From: the human T2T-CHM13v2.0 reference genome, Homo sapiens
Direction of reading: 5' to 3'
Length of the DNA stretch: 64,000 nt
NCBI GenBank assembly: GCA_009914755.4
Contig: CP068257.2
Span: forward strand, 22,912,001-22,976,000
Shown here in pieces: positions 44,951-58,150 of this stretch. Positions within the stretch are counted from its first letter, which is position 1. Each line of letters starts with the position of its first letter. The translations under genes and the position numbers were made by a program. The notes beneath the pieces were generated by a model. It was not told the origin of the DNA. It saw nothing but the letters and a program-made list of their open reading frames with translations, and made no database searches.

Positions 44951-45399
44951 CCTGACTAATAAATACAACAGGAAAGACGGATTACACGTTAGAAACCAGC
45001 ACCCTGCAAATATATCATGTGTTTTCTCACATTACTCAGGCCTTTTTCACTTAGAAGGCCAAGTGAATAGTTATGAGTTAAAGTGACATGTGTTACTTTG
45101 AGAAGCCTAGAGTAATCAGCACCTATTTCTTAAACAGTTTTTTCCTCACCTTCACAATTAAAAACTGCATGTATTCCAGGTGATGCTACTACAAAATAAT
45201 GGCATATTTATCAGCCTGAGTATAAGAGATTTTGTTTCTACTGCTGTGCAACAAATTTCCACAAACTTCATGGCTTATAGCAACACATGTATTTTGGTTA
45301 TTTACTCTTTTGTTTGTGTATATGTTAATTTGTTTTATTTTTATATCATAGCATCCATGGGGGAAAAGCTTGCATAGGTCTTACCTGAGTCCTCTACTC

Positions 45400-45900
45400 A
45401 GTATATCACTCTGACTATGTTGAATTTTATCACACACTTTTTCATCCTCTATTGAAATAATCATGTAATTTTGTTCTTTATTCTGCTAAATATGTTATAT
45501 CACATTAATTGATTTTTGCATGTTGAACCATCCTTGCATCACAGGAATGAATCCCAAAGGTAAACAAATGGCCATGGTATATGATCCTTTTAATGTGCTG
45601 CTGGATTTTGTTTTCTAAGGTTTTGTGGAGGATATTCACATCTATATACGTCAGGGTTATTGGCCAATAGTTTTCTTTTCTTGTGGTACCTTGGGCTTTA
45701 GTATCAAGGAAATGCTGACCTCATAAAATAAGTTTGGAAGTATTCCTTCTCCTTTAATTTTTAAGAGTTTGAGAAGGATTGCCACCAATTCTTTAAATAG
45801 TTGGTAGAATTCACCAGTGAATTCCTATGGTCCTGGACTTTTTTTGAGAGCTTTTTGATAACCGATTCGATTTTTATGCTAATTATAGGTATATTCATGT
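45400..45900 (-). mobile_element. Old L1 ORF2 (reverse-transcriptase region) segment in antisense orientation
   Basis: '…ttctgctaaatatgttatatcacattaattgatttttgcatgttgaaccatccttgcatcacaggaatgaatcccaaagg…atgatccttttaatgtgctgctggattttgttttctaaggttttgtggaggatattcacatctatatacgtcagggttattggccaatagttttcttttcttgtgg…gtttggaagtattccttctcc…gttggtagaattcaccagtgaattcc'. This is the reverse complement of the same ORF2 stretch present in sense at about 3950-4100 of this window. Confidence 0.8.
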
Positions 45901-47380
45901 GTTTTACTTCTTCTGAACTTAATAGCAATCTACAGATTCAATGTAATCCCTATTAGACTACCAATGTACTGATGACATTGTTTTTTCAGAAATATAGAAA
46001 ATATTTCTAGAACTCTTATGGAACCACAACAGATCATAAATAGTCAAATCAATCTTAAGAAAGAAAAGCAAAGATGGAGGTGTCACATTTTCTCATTTCA
46101 AAATATGTTTAAATCTATAATAAAAACAGTATGATACTGGTATAAAGACAGACATACAGACCATTAGAAAAGAATAGAGAGATCCCAGAAAAAAAAAATT
46201 GACACACATACAGTCTACTGATTTTTGACAAGTGTTCCAAGAATATACCATTGGAAAGAATAGTCATTTCAGTAAATGATTTGAAAACTAGATATTCACA
46301 TGCAAAAAAAGAAAATAATTAAAAAAAGAAATTGGACGCTTATCTTATACCATGCATAAAAATCAATTCAAAATGGATAAAATACTTAAATATAAGATCT
46401 GAAACTGTAAAACTCCTAAAATAACACATATGGAAAAAGCTTCTCAACATTGGTCTTAGTAAAGATTTCCACACAGCGGAAATAAAAGAACTCCTACAAA
46501 TCAATAGCAAAAATCAAACAACCTGATTAAAAAAATGAGCAAAGCACTTGAATCTACATTTCTCCAAAAACATACAAATGTCCAACAGGTATATGAAATG
46601 ATGCCGAACGTCACTAATCATCAGGAAATGCAAAGCAAAACCACAGTGAGATTTCACCTCATTTATGTCAAGATTGCTATTTTCAAAAAAAAAAAAAAAA
46701 AAGAAGTGTTAGCGAGAATGTGGAGATATTGGAGCCCTTGCATGCTGTTGGTAGAAATGCAAAATGGTAAAGCTGTTATGGAAAACAATATGGAGGTTCC
46801 TCAAAAAATAAAAAATATAACTACAATATGATACAGCAGTCCCATTTCTGTCTATTTATCTGAAAGAATTGAAATCAGTGTCTCATAGAGATATTAGACT
46901 TTCATGTTCTTTGCAGCACTACTCACAATAACCAAGATGTAGAAACAACTTAAATGTTCATCAAAGATGAATGGATAAAGAAAATGTGGAATATACATGC
47001 AATGTGTTTTTATTCTGCTTTAAAATAGAAGAAAATTCTCACATATGCAACAACATGGATAAACCTTGAGGACATTATATTAAGTGAAATAAATCAATTG
47101 TAAAAAGACGAATACTGCATGATTTCAATTCATGGTTCTATAAATCTGAAATAATCAAATTTATAGAATCAAAGACTGAAATGATGGTTGCCAGGGACTG
47201 GGGGATAGGGAGAAAGGAGAGTTATTAATCAATGGATATAATATTTCAATTAATTAAGACAAGAAATTCTAGAAATCTGTTGTACAACATTCTATCCATA
47301 GTCTACAATATTGTAATATACAATCAGAAATTTAAGAGTGTAGATCTCATGTTCTTACACAAGAAAATAAAATAAAAAGA
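45900..47380 (+). mobile_element. Old L1 (L1M/L1PB-type) ORF2 C-terminal region plus 3'UTR in sense orientation, directly abutting the inverted segment
   Basis: '…attcaatgtaatccctattagactaccaatg…gtcactaatcatcaggaaatgcaaagcaaaaccacagtgagatttcacctc…gttagcgagaatgtggagatattggagcccttgcatgctgttggtagaaatgcaaaatggtaaagctgttatggaaaacaatatggaggttcctcaaaaaataaaaaatataactacaatatgatacagcagtccc…gaaatgatggttgccagggactgggggatagggagaaaggagag…tagatctcatgttcttacacaagaaaataaaat'. Confidence 0.85.
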
Positions 47381-48124
47381 CTTGCATTTTGATGGGTTAT
47401 TTTAAAGAGAAATTAGGCAATATTCTCATTTGGGTTGGGTGCTGTCAGAACAAAGGGCACAGTTCTTGAATGTGTGCCATATTTATTTTATTTTTTTAAA
47501 TTGGGATTAAAGTGAAGCTAGAGTTATCATACGTAAAGGAAATTTTGTGAGCCAGGAAAACATTTTTCACAAACAATCAGTTTGTACTAAATAACCAGTA
47601 AAATAAAGTTTGTATTTTTACTACATTGATAAGTATGGTTGGCTGTCTTTTTTTTATTTTTGAAAACTGTTTACTATTATATTTGTGGATTATAATTACA
47701 TTTATTTTATCATATAAAATAATAAGCCAGCCATTTCATTGTATTGCTAAAATAAAAAGAAATAACAAAAATAATGACAAAAACTAAAAACTATGTTTAA
47801 AATTCAAGAAATCAAGTCAAAAATTTGTTGACTCAATCATATAAATTGAATCATTCTTGTCATACTAAACTAAATCAGTCAACTGGCCAGTGGAAAAAGC
47901 ACTCAGGACACACAGCACCTGTTCCAACGATTAAATTTTCTGCAAGTCCAGCTGCTGAACCTGCCTGTCGGAACTTGAATTTTATCTAATAGCGACTGAA
48001 CCAACATATTGGGACTCTGAGGCTAGTTTTACCCACTGCTGTCACTCACGAATCAGAGCTTGCCAGTTCCCCAAAACATTATTGGTGCTGATCAACTTTC
48101 TTTCGAAACAATATATAACATTTC

Positions 48125-48437
48125 TTTCTTTTTCTTTTTTGTTTAATTGTTTGTTTGTTTCTTCCTTTTTTTTTCTTTTTGTTTGTTTTTAAGATGGAGT
48201 CTTGTTCTGTCGCCCAGGCTGGAGTGGAATGGCGCACCTCCGCCTCCTGGGTTCAAGCTATTCTCCTGCCTCAGCCTCACCAGTAGTTGGGATTACAGGC
48301 GTCTGCCACTACACCCGTCTAATTTTTGTTTTTTTTTTAGTGGAAACTGGGTTTCACCATGTTGGTCAGGCTGGTCTCCAACTCTTGACTTCAGGTGATC
48401 CACTCACCTCGGCCTCCCAAAGTGCTGGGATTACAGA
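48125..48437 (-). mobile_element. Alu SINE (minus) with a (GTTT)n-rich tail, an internal deletion and truncation at the Alu 5' end
   Basis: 'ttgtttaattgtttgtttgtttc…tttgtttgtttttaagatggagtcttgttctgtcgcccaggctggagtggaatggcgcacctccgcctcctgggttcaagc…cctcggcctcccaaagtgctgggattacag'. Confidence 0.88.
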
Positions 48438-49392
48438 CATTTCTCCTTTTTATAAAGCCTCCAACCTTCCTTTTGTCCTTCAGACGTACCAAAGACCACC
48501 TGATCTGTGTATACCCCAAATTGCAATTCTTGCTTCGAAATGAAACATTAAATTTAGAGATGTATCACCATATTTTATTTTGACTTCAACATAGTAAAAT
48601 ATAAAATAAATGTTTTCTGAAATACCTTTCTTTTTTTATTGTTTAAGCTCTTAAGGTGTAAGTCTTGACATATATTGTATATTTGGAAGAATATTCCAGT
48701 TGCCTGTTTGTTTGATTTGCCACATGTATAAGTGACTAAAACACAATGATACAAAACAAATAAAACATCTTCCATGGGTTAAATTAGGTGAATGAATATT
48801 TGGAAGACAGTTGGATAAAGTATGGTGACTTTTACAGTGTCCTTCCACTCTAACTTTGAGAATCAGAGCACATTGTGTGGGCCTAGGTTCCTGGGGGAAG
48901 ACCAGAAGGTTGAAATATATCAGGGAGCTGTCACACACACTGACTGTTAGATATCCATGCAGTACAAATCTTGGTGATTGTTCACTGTGGAACTTTGGGA
49001 CCTTGGCCCCTTTACCCTCTCACTATAACTCCAGATTTCAATATTGAGATGACTTCATGGAACAACTTGGTATATAGACCTGGGGTCACCTCATGAAAAT
49101 TCCTCAAGTAGCCCATGTGGACAGTTCTGAATACTACACTTTACTGGGGAAAGGAGCTTGATCCTACAGCAGACTGCTTATACTTGGATATTTAGTAAGA
49201 CGGTATAACATACTTCTTTTTATAGAATAAAAAGAAGGATCCTTCTTTTTATAGTGCGGTGTAACATCCTTGTTTTTATAGTGCTCAGAAATAGTTAAGT
49301 TGCTGTCATCATGGTAAATTATTGGCTTTTGTTCAGGTTAACTAAAATCTTTTAGGTATTTTTTTCGAATTTTTTCATTTAAAAATATTTTA

Positions 49393-49740
<348 letters not shown>

Positions 49741-52700
49741 TCAATAAGTATCATTTTTGATAATTCCATGTAAGTAATAAAACCATATTAGAAAGGAACA
49801 ATGTTCTACCATTTACTTGAAATAAATTTTTTTCTTAAACTTTTAAAATATATTTTGTTTCTTTGCTATCCTGGCAGATATTTTAAAAATATTTTATAGT
49901 TTATGTAACTACTATCGGTCAGGTTCTGAGTACTGTGTTACCATAAAAATTTATGGCGATTTTTAAGTCAGATTAAGCATCCCACTCCAGCCCTACATAG
50001 GCATGTGTGATCAAGGCAGCATTTCTACCACAAAGAGGTAGAATTAGTAAATCTAATTCTTCCAAACACAGTTTATGTTAAGTAACACTTTATCTTTACC
50101 CACATCAGTTCTTTTTATTATCAATTTTGGCATGATTATTAGGACAAGATTTTGAATTCTAACATTTTATTTTTTATTTTTATTTTCTATCACCAGTTTT
50201 GTGGCCTGTATCCAATCACCAAAGTCATGTTAAGTAATTTTTCATTATCTATAAATGTTAAAAAAGAGACTTCTAGCATAATTTGTGGCGAAGATTCATA
50301 AGCAACCTGCCTACTAATAAACAATTGTGCTTTAGAAAGCGACTTTAGAGTAAATTGAATATTTATGAAAATGGACTAATATCTGGAGCTAAAAAAAAAA
50401 TCCATGAAAGAGAAATAATCTATTTATACATAACTACTCTAAAAACAGAATTATTTTGTAAAGAAATTATTTATTTACTTGGATATCAGTTTATTAGTAA
50501 TAGAAAATGCCAACTAAATCAAACCTTTTGTGTGTGGAAGTTTATTATAAAATATAAAAAAATAATAAATAGAGATTTTCAAACATGTAAACAATAGGAA
50601 TAATATTTCCTTTTCTGAATATTTTTAATATTTTTCACTTATTCCAAACTTAAAATTTAAAAATCCTTAATATTATTTACAGGGTCCTAAATAATTGCAT
50701 ATATATCCATTATCCCCTCATGTTTGCTAGGCCATAGCCTTATATATCATTACAACTCTTGAACTTGGTGTGTTTGTTGCTGCCTCAGGATTCTGAATAC
50801 TGCTACCTTAAAGTAGAAATGCCTGTCATTTTCTCCATTTGAATGACTCCCATTCATCCAGTTACATTACAAATAATTATTTTAATGTCATACTCTTAGA
50901 AAAGACTTGTCTGAGGCCTTAGGCTAGTTAACTCTCCCTAATATATTTGGCATTGTATGCTGTTTAGAGTAATATGTATGTATTATGTATGTAATATGTA
51001 TGAACAGGGCAAGATACAGCAACAATAAATTATTTTGGAGACCAAATAATTTGGAAAACACAAGATAAGCATCTGATATATATTTAAGGAATTATTGACT
51101 TTGCACATTTTATTCCCACTAGTCTATAACTGTAAAACCCAAGGACAATGTTTTCCTTGTTCACTAATACAGATATACCACTTCCATACCAGTACTTTAC
51201 ACATAGTAGGCTTTAAATTATAACTCATTGAATGAAAGAATGAAAGAAATGGATATGTAAAACTACCTTTCTGGTTTTCAATCTGCTAAGCAAAAATAAG
51301 AGTTTGAAAATCAAAAGAAACATAGCTTACTTAATTGACCCACATACAGCATATCGAGTAATCCATTTTTAATACCTAGATCAAAATAATAGTTTTATAA
51401 TAAACTATTTTCCATTTTCAAATAAATATGAGTCAGTGATATAAGTACAACCTGTTACATAAATACATTGCCGTTACATGTTACGTAAATGCAATCTTTT
51501 ACACACCAATTGAACAAAAAAAATTAGGCTAGTGTTAAAACATATTGAAATTCAAGTTAGAATTCCTCCACATTGCATGTATATGCTTTAAAAAATGTAT
51601 TTACAATAATTCAATATTGACAGCCAACCTTAAATTGTCAAACAGGAAGATTACTTTTTGATTTGTTAAAAAAAACTTTATTTAAATTCTAAGATGATAA
51701 ATATGTATAGAATCTCTTAATCTCTGTGATTAATGCAATAAATGTTTACAGCCTCTTATGTAGTTAAATAATATGTTCAAAAACAATTGACCTGTGACAC
51801 AATCAACATAATTTATACCGTAAAATTCAAATAGATGATTGAAAACTGTAACTTAAGCATCTTAAAGTTTATTGATCCATTATTTTATAGCCTTGTCTTT
51901 GTCTAGGGAGATTTCATTTCAACAGCTAAAACATAGCAGTGATCATGAATTACATGTTTACCAGAAAAACCTCTGCTCAGTTGTTCCCAGAGGAGTGTTC
52001 ATTTCTCCCTCATTGTGCTCTAGTTCACATGCAGAGGAATTAACCAACCTGCCACATGTCAGTAATAAGATCTGAGAAGCCCCAGAGAGAGACAGAACCA
52101 GATATGGAACCAGTGACAGAAATATCTTCATCATCGTTTATGACCAAAACTTCTATATTACTTTACTATCGGGGGGACTAAGGATCATGAATGCTTCCTG
52201 AATATTTATAAATACCATGACGAAATGCGTGTTTTTATTATACTGAGAAAAAGACTTTTTTAGGTAAATTTATTTATCTTTTAATATCAGCTGTTTGTTT
52301 TCAACATGGAAAAAGTTTAGTTTTATGTATAATGTTGTTTTGAGTAGAGGTAGAGATCATAAAGTAATCTCTTACAAAATAACTCTGGAAATTAAACTGT
52401 TTTAAATATGCAAAGGAAAACTAGCATATATCTGTGCAGTTTCCTAGTATGTGATACGTGTTAAGGTTGCACTTACATAAACACCTGTTGTGAGTGTACT
52501 CCCCAGTTTAATTGCTTTTAAAGGTTTATGTCTCCGCACTGAAAATAGTTCTATAGTTTTGACATTTAACTTTGTTTCTATTTTATAAACGTCTTATAAA
52601 AAAGAGAATCAGCTGGGTTCTTATTTTTTATCTAAAATCTGTCCTTGTTAGACACTACAAGGAAAGTACATGGATTGATTTAATTTTTGCTGTGGAGTTC

Positions 52701-53755
52701 TCATTCACATATTTTTAATAAAATTTAAATGAACAAATTTATATAAAGTCCATACTCCATCTATAATGTAACATCAATTTACATAATAATTCTAAAAATA
52801 TACAGAGAAATTAAGCTGGAAGCATGACCAAATTAATCAAGAAAATTAAAAGGTGTTCTTTCTATTAGAAACAAGCAAACAAAAAGATATTCTTTCATCC
52901 TTTGTGTTATGTCTTAAATATCCATCTCAATCAATTCATGACAGGTTTTTAGATATGTAATTGGATCTTGCCTAAACTAACACAATTTACATGTATTTTA
53001 GCCCAATACCCTATATTTTATTTCAGAGTTCATACAATAATATAAAGGCACACGTATGTGTGTACATATATACATACACATGCGCATACATATGTGTATA
53101 TATAATTTCTCCTAATTCTATTTTTTGAACCTCTCTGCTCTGAATTTTTTTTTTATTTTAAAGATTACTGGTCATTAAATAAAAATCAGCTAATGCCATT
53201 TAGAAACTTAAATCATCGGCTTAATGTCTTCCTCAATTCACACGCTTCAAAATGTACAATCTATAGGATTAATTTAACCTTTACACAACAAATATGTAAT
53301 GAGCCAAATTTCTGCCACTCAGGATAATTTACATGAGTTTTTGATTGGGAAGTAAGTTACTCAAGAAGTGAAATTCCGACACAATAAAAGCAACTTTCGG
53401 GTCCTGATTTCAAGAACAGCCTGATTGCAAAGATGACCTCCTGCCACAAAAGCTTCAACAGCAGAGACTGTGGCCATGGCTGCATCACCTCTAATGTTCG
53501 GTGAGGCAGTGGCGACCCCAACAGAGTACAGATGGCCAACTGTTCTTAATGCTTTCGAGCACTGTACCTGGAAGACTAGCTTGAAACTGTTCTGGAAATC
53601 CAGTAGCATATGTCTGTCATTTCTGGGAAATTTTCTTTCATTATTATTTTGACATTTTCTCCACAGTTTTGTTCATCCTCTCTTTTAGTAATTCTATTAG
53701 CTGGAAGTTTGATTTTCTTGAGCGATCATCTAAAGTTTTTATGTCTTCTCTTTTA

Positions 53756-54165
<410 letters not shown>

Positions 54166-54614
54166 TTATTTATGTCATTTTCATGCATGGTATTTATCTC
54201 AGAACACTGTATTTCATATTTTTGCATATTGATTTATGTAGTAAAATTTACATAAAATGAAATGCATGTAGTTTAACTGTACAATGTAATAAATTTAAAT
54301 AAATGTGTACACTTTTGTAATCCATATTCAAATCAAGATATAAAATACTTCCAATAGACTACCACTTTCTTCCAGTCAATCCCTCATTCCAAAAAAAAAA
54401 AAAATCTGTCCCAATCGTATCACCATGAAATGGTTTTGTCTATTTTTGAGCTTTATAAAAAATAAGTCATACAATTTGTACGTTATTGGGTTTGGCTTGG
54501 TTTCCTCAATAAAACATTTTTGAGATTTGTGTTATTTCAAATATCAGTATGTATTGTAATATTTTATACTGCTGAGTAGTATCCATTGTATGAATATAAT
54601 ACACTTTTTATCTA

Positions 54615-55055
<441 letters not shown>

Positions 55056-55380
55056 TTATCTGTGGGAAATTCTTAGAAATAGAATGGTTGAGTCAGCAAC
55101 TAGGTAAATGGACAGTTTTTCCAAAATTGTTTAAACATTATATACTCCCATTAGCTGTGTATGACAGCTCCAAATCCCATTTATCTGCAACAGATTTGAG
55201 ATAGAGATTGTAATTTTAGTCATTCTAGTGGGTGTGCAGTGATATCACTTGTTGGATTTAATTAGAGTGTTCCTGATAATTAATGATGTGGAGTATTTTG
55301 TCTAGAGTGGGAACTAGAGGGAGGCGGCTCTAGGGTGTCCTTGGTTACATCTATGCAGAGTAGAGCCTCCGAAGCATGGA

Positions 55381-55640
55381 AGTGGAAGGCAGTGCGATGG
55401 TGCGATCTAGGCTCACTGCAACCTCCTCCCCTGGGTTCAAACGATTCTCTTGCCTCAGCCTCCCAAGTAGCTGGGATTACAGATGCACACCACCACATTC
55501 AGCTATTTTTTGTATTTTTAGTCAAGACGGGGTTTCATTATGTTGGCCAGGTGGGTCTTGAACGCCTGACCTCAGGCATCCACCCACCTCAGCCTCCTTA
55601 AGCGCTGGGATTGCAAGCGTGAGCCACCACAACCAGCCTG
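55381..55640 (-). mobile_element. Alu SINE (minus), missing its tail-proximal ~40 bp
   Basis: '…ggaaggcagtgcgatggtgcgatctaggctcactgcaacctcctcccctgggttcaaacgattctcttgcctcagcctcccaagtagctgggattacagatgcacaccacc…cctcagcctccttaagcgctgggattgcaagcgtgagccaccacaaccagcctgg'. Confidence 0.9.
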
Positions 55641-56539
55641 GTTAGATTTTTTAAAAAATGTAATTCTTACTAGTAACTGTTTTGCTAAGGAGAGGGCCTG
55701 TCATCCTCTTCACACAGCCATTCCAGAAATCCCACATCTTCCCCTTCCTTTTTGAAGGATACCTTTTTGAGATATAAAAATCTCAGTTTACAGGGTATGT
55801 TATTTTTGTGTATTGTTTCCACTAATTTGTTTGCTTACAACACTTTAAATATGTTGTTCCTTTATTGTATGGCTCAAATTGTTTTTTTTTGTCTATTTAT
55901 GTAACGTGGTTTGCTTATTTCCTAGAGTGTGCATACACGTTTCTCTGTCTGACAGGGTGAGAGTGATTGGTGATTCAGATTCCTTCTGTAAGTCAATTCG
56001 AGCCTTAATAGGTTTTGTGCATTGGTTCTTATTCCAACTTTTCACCTCCAGTGGCACCAGAACATTTTTGTTTGAAATATTTGAATTGTAAATGAATTGA
56101 AGTTTTGGGTTTTTCAGTTTACAGTTGATTCAACTAAATGCCCCCAAGATGGGCAACACTGTATTTTTTTCTTCCTTATAGCCCCTCATCCAATGCCCCT
56201 TTTAAAGCAAAATGGGAAGAGACAGCAAACCAAGTGCAAATCTAGAAGTATGAACCTACCACAGTTCTCTTCTCAATTCTACAAAGCTTGATTTTAATCT
56301 AGAATTTTTGTTAGTGAGGCTCCCTTAAATCTACTATTATTTTACAGCTCTATCTTAGACTTTGCTGCCTGGGTAAATCACACTTCCATATGTCCTATGT
56401 TGTTTGAGGTCAATCAATATTTGTAAAATACAATTTAAACTATTTTAAATGACTTCTTTTTAATGTGAAAGAATCAAAATAAAATTTGTCTGTATAGATT
56501 TTCTTTATGTTATGTCATTTTATTTTACTTTATTTCAAT

Positions 56540-56752
56540 GAGATAGGGTCTCACTCTGTTGCCCAGGCTAAGTGCAGTGGCATGATCAGGGCTCACTGCA
56601 GCCTCGACTTCCTGGGTTCAAGCAATCCTCCCACTTCAGCCTCTAGAGTAGCTGAAACTGCAGGCATCCACTACCATGGATGTCATGGATTTAAAAAAAA
56701 TTTTTTTTTAAATTTTTTTATAGAGACATGACCTTGCTTTGTTGCCCAGGCT
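56540..56752 (-). mobile_element. Diverged, truncated Alu (AluJ-like, minus)
   Basis: 'gagatagggtctcactctgttgcccaggctaagtgcagtggcatgatcagggctcactgcagcctcgacttcctgggttcaagcaatcctcccacttcagcctctagagtagctgaaactgcaggcatccactaccatgg…tatagagacatgaccttgctttgttgcccaggctg'. Confidence 0.8.
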
Positions 56753-56819
56753 GTTTTTACATTATTTAAAACTCAATGTTTTGAATGTCTCTAAGAAAGC
56801 CATACTTTTTTGTTAATAT

Positions 56820-56995
56820 ATCTATATTACAAAAGATATATGCATGCATACACATACATACATACACACATATAATCACAAAAAGATGTGTGTATGTATA
56901 GTGTGTCTATGTGTGTGTATATATATATAGTATATACACATGCATTAAAATGTATATGTATTTTAATTATACCATGGAAGAAAAGAAGGGAAAAT
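56820..56995. repeat. CA/TA/TG-rich low-complexity / compound simple repeat
   Basis: '…tatatgcatgcatacacatacatacatacacacatataatcac…gtgtgtatgtatagtgtgtctatgtgtgtgtatatatatatagtatatacacatgc…'. Confidence 0.85.
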
Positions 56996-57479
56996 ACATA
57001 TGTATTCATTAAACATGCATACTTAGAACATATTATGGTCTTGTCTTTATTGTTAGATTAATTTTTATGTATGACTGTGTCTCACTTTCAGTTCTGAAAC
57101 CCTGGAATTAACTGATTAACAATGCCAATGCAAATATATGTTTCTTACTGTATAATTATAGCTTAAAATTAGAAGTCCCATTCGTTATTTTTAAATGCAG
57201 AAATTAGAGTGTGCCAGAAAAGTCATTAAATATTAATTCGATTAAAACAGAGATCAGTAAAGAAGAATTTTCTTATATCACAGAAATAAGGCAGTGCTGA
57301 TAGAAAACATACAGAGAAGAAACCCAAATAATTCTTAATAAATTAAAACAAACAAAAAAGAATGTAACTCTCCTTTTGATCTTCAGAAAAAGAGACCCCC
57401 TTCTGTGGTTGAAAGGAGAGATATACTTTTAACTAAAGTCAATTATAGATAATAATTCATCATCATAATTGAGTTTTTG

Positions 57480-58150
57480 ATGAGAGGCAATGTGTTAGTT
57501 TTCTATGGCTGCTGTAACTAATTACCACAAACTGGGGACTTAATAGAATAGACATTTATTCTCTCTAGCTGTGGAGACTAGAAGTCTTAAATCAGTATCA
57601 CTGGACCAAAACCAAAATGTCAGCATGGCCATACTGCCTCTAGGTGATCTAGGGGTAAACCCATTTATTACTTTTTTTTTATTTATTTTTTTAACAAAAG
57701 AAGGAGCTTTAATGGACTTACAGTTACACGTGGCTGGGGAAGCCTCACAATCATGGAGGAAGGCAAGGAGGAGCAAGTCACATCTTACATGGATGGCAGC
57801 AGGCAAAGAGAGAGCTTGTGCAGGGAAACCCCCATTTTTAAAACCATCAGATCTTGTGATTTCTTGCTCTTTTTAGCTTGTAGTGAGTACAGGCATTTAC
57901 ACTACTCTGGTATCTATCCCTGTGGTCATGTTGCCTTCTCCTCCTCTGTCTATATCAAATCTTCCTCTGCATTCCTCTTATTAGGATAAATGTGATTGTA
58001 TTTAGGACCCACCTTTATAATCAAGGATAATCTCCCTCATCTCAAAATTTTCAATTTAGTAACATCTGTAAAATCATCTTTTCCATACAAATTAGCATTC
58101 AAAAGTCCTAGAAATTAGAATGTGAATATCTTTTGGGAGGTCATTATTTC
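57480..58150 (-). mobile_element. MLT1-type MaLR LTR (reverse orientation) split by an inserted THE1 fragment
   Basis: Left part 'gttagttttctatggctgctgtaactaattaccacaaactggggacttaatagaatagacatttattctctctagctgtggagactagaagtcttaaatcag…' (57480-57665). Right part '…ttattaggataaatgtgattgtatttaggacccacctttataatcaaggataatctccctcatctcaaaattttcaatttagtaacatctgtaaaatc…' (57880-58150). This is the reverse complement of the MLT1 consensus as I recall it. Confidence 0.55.
57690..57880 (-). mobile_element. THE1-type MaLR LTR fragment (reverse orientation, ~180 bp) embedded in the MLT1
   Basis: 'aaggagctttaatggacttacagttacacgtggctggggaagcctcacaatcatggaggaaggcaaggaggagcaagtcacatcttacatggatggcagcaggcaaagagagagcttgtgcagggaaacccccatttttaaaaccatcagatcttgtgat'. 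This is the reverse complement of the '…ccatgattgtgaggcttcccc…' region of THE1 LTRs. Confidence 0.7.
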
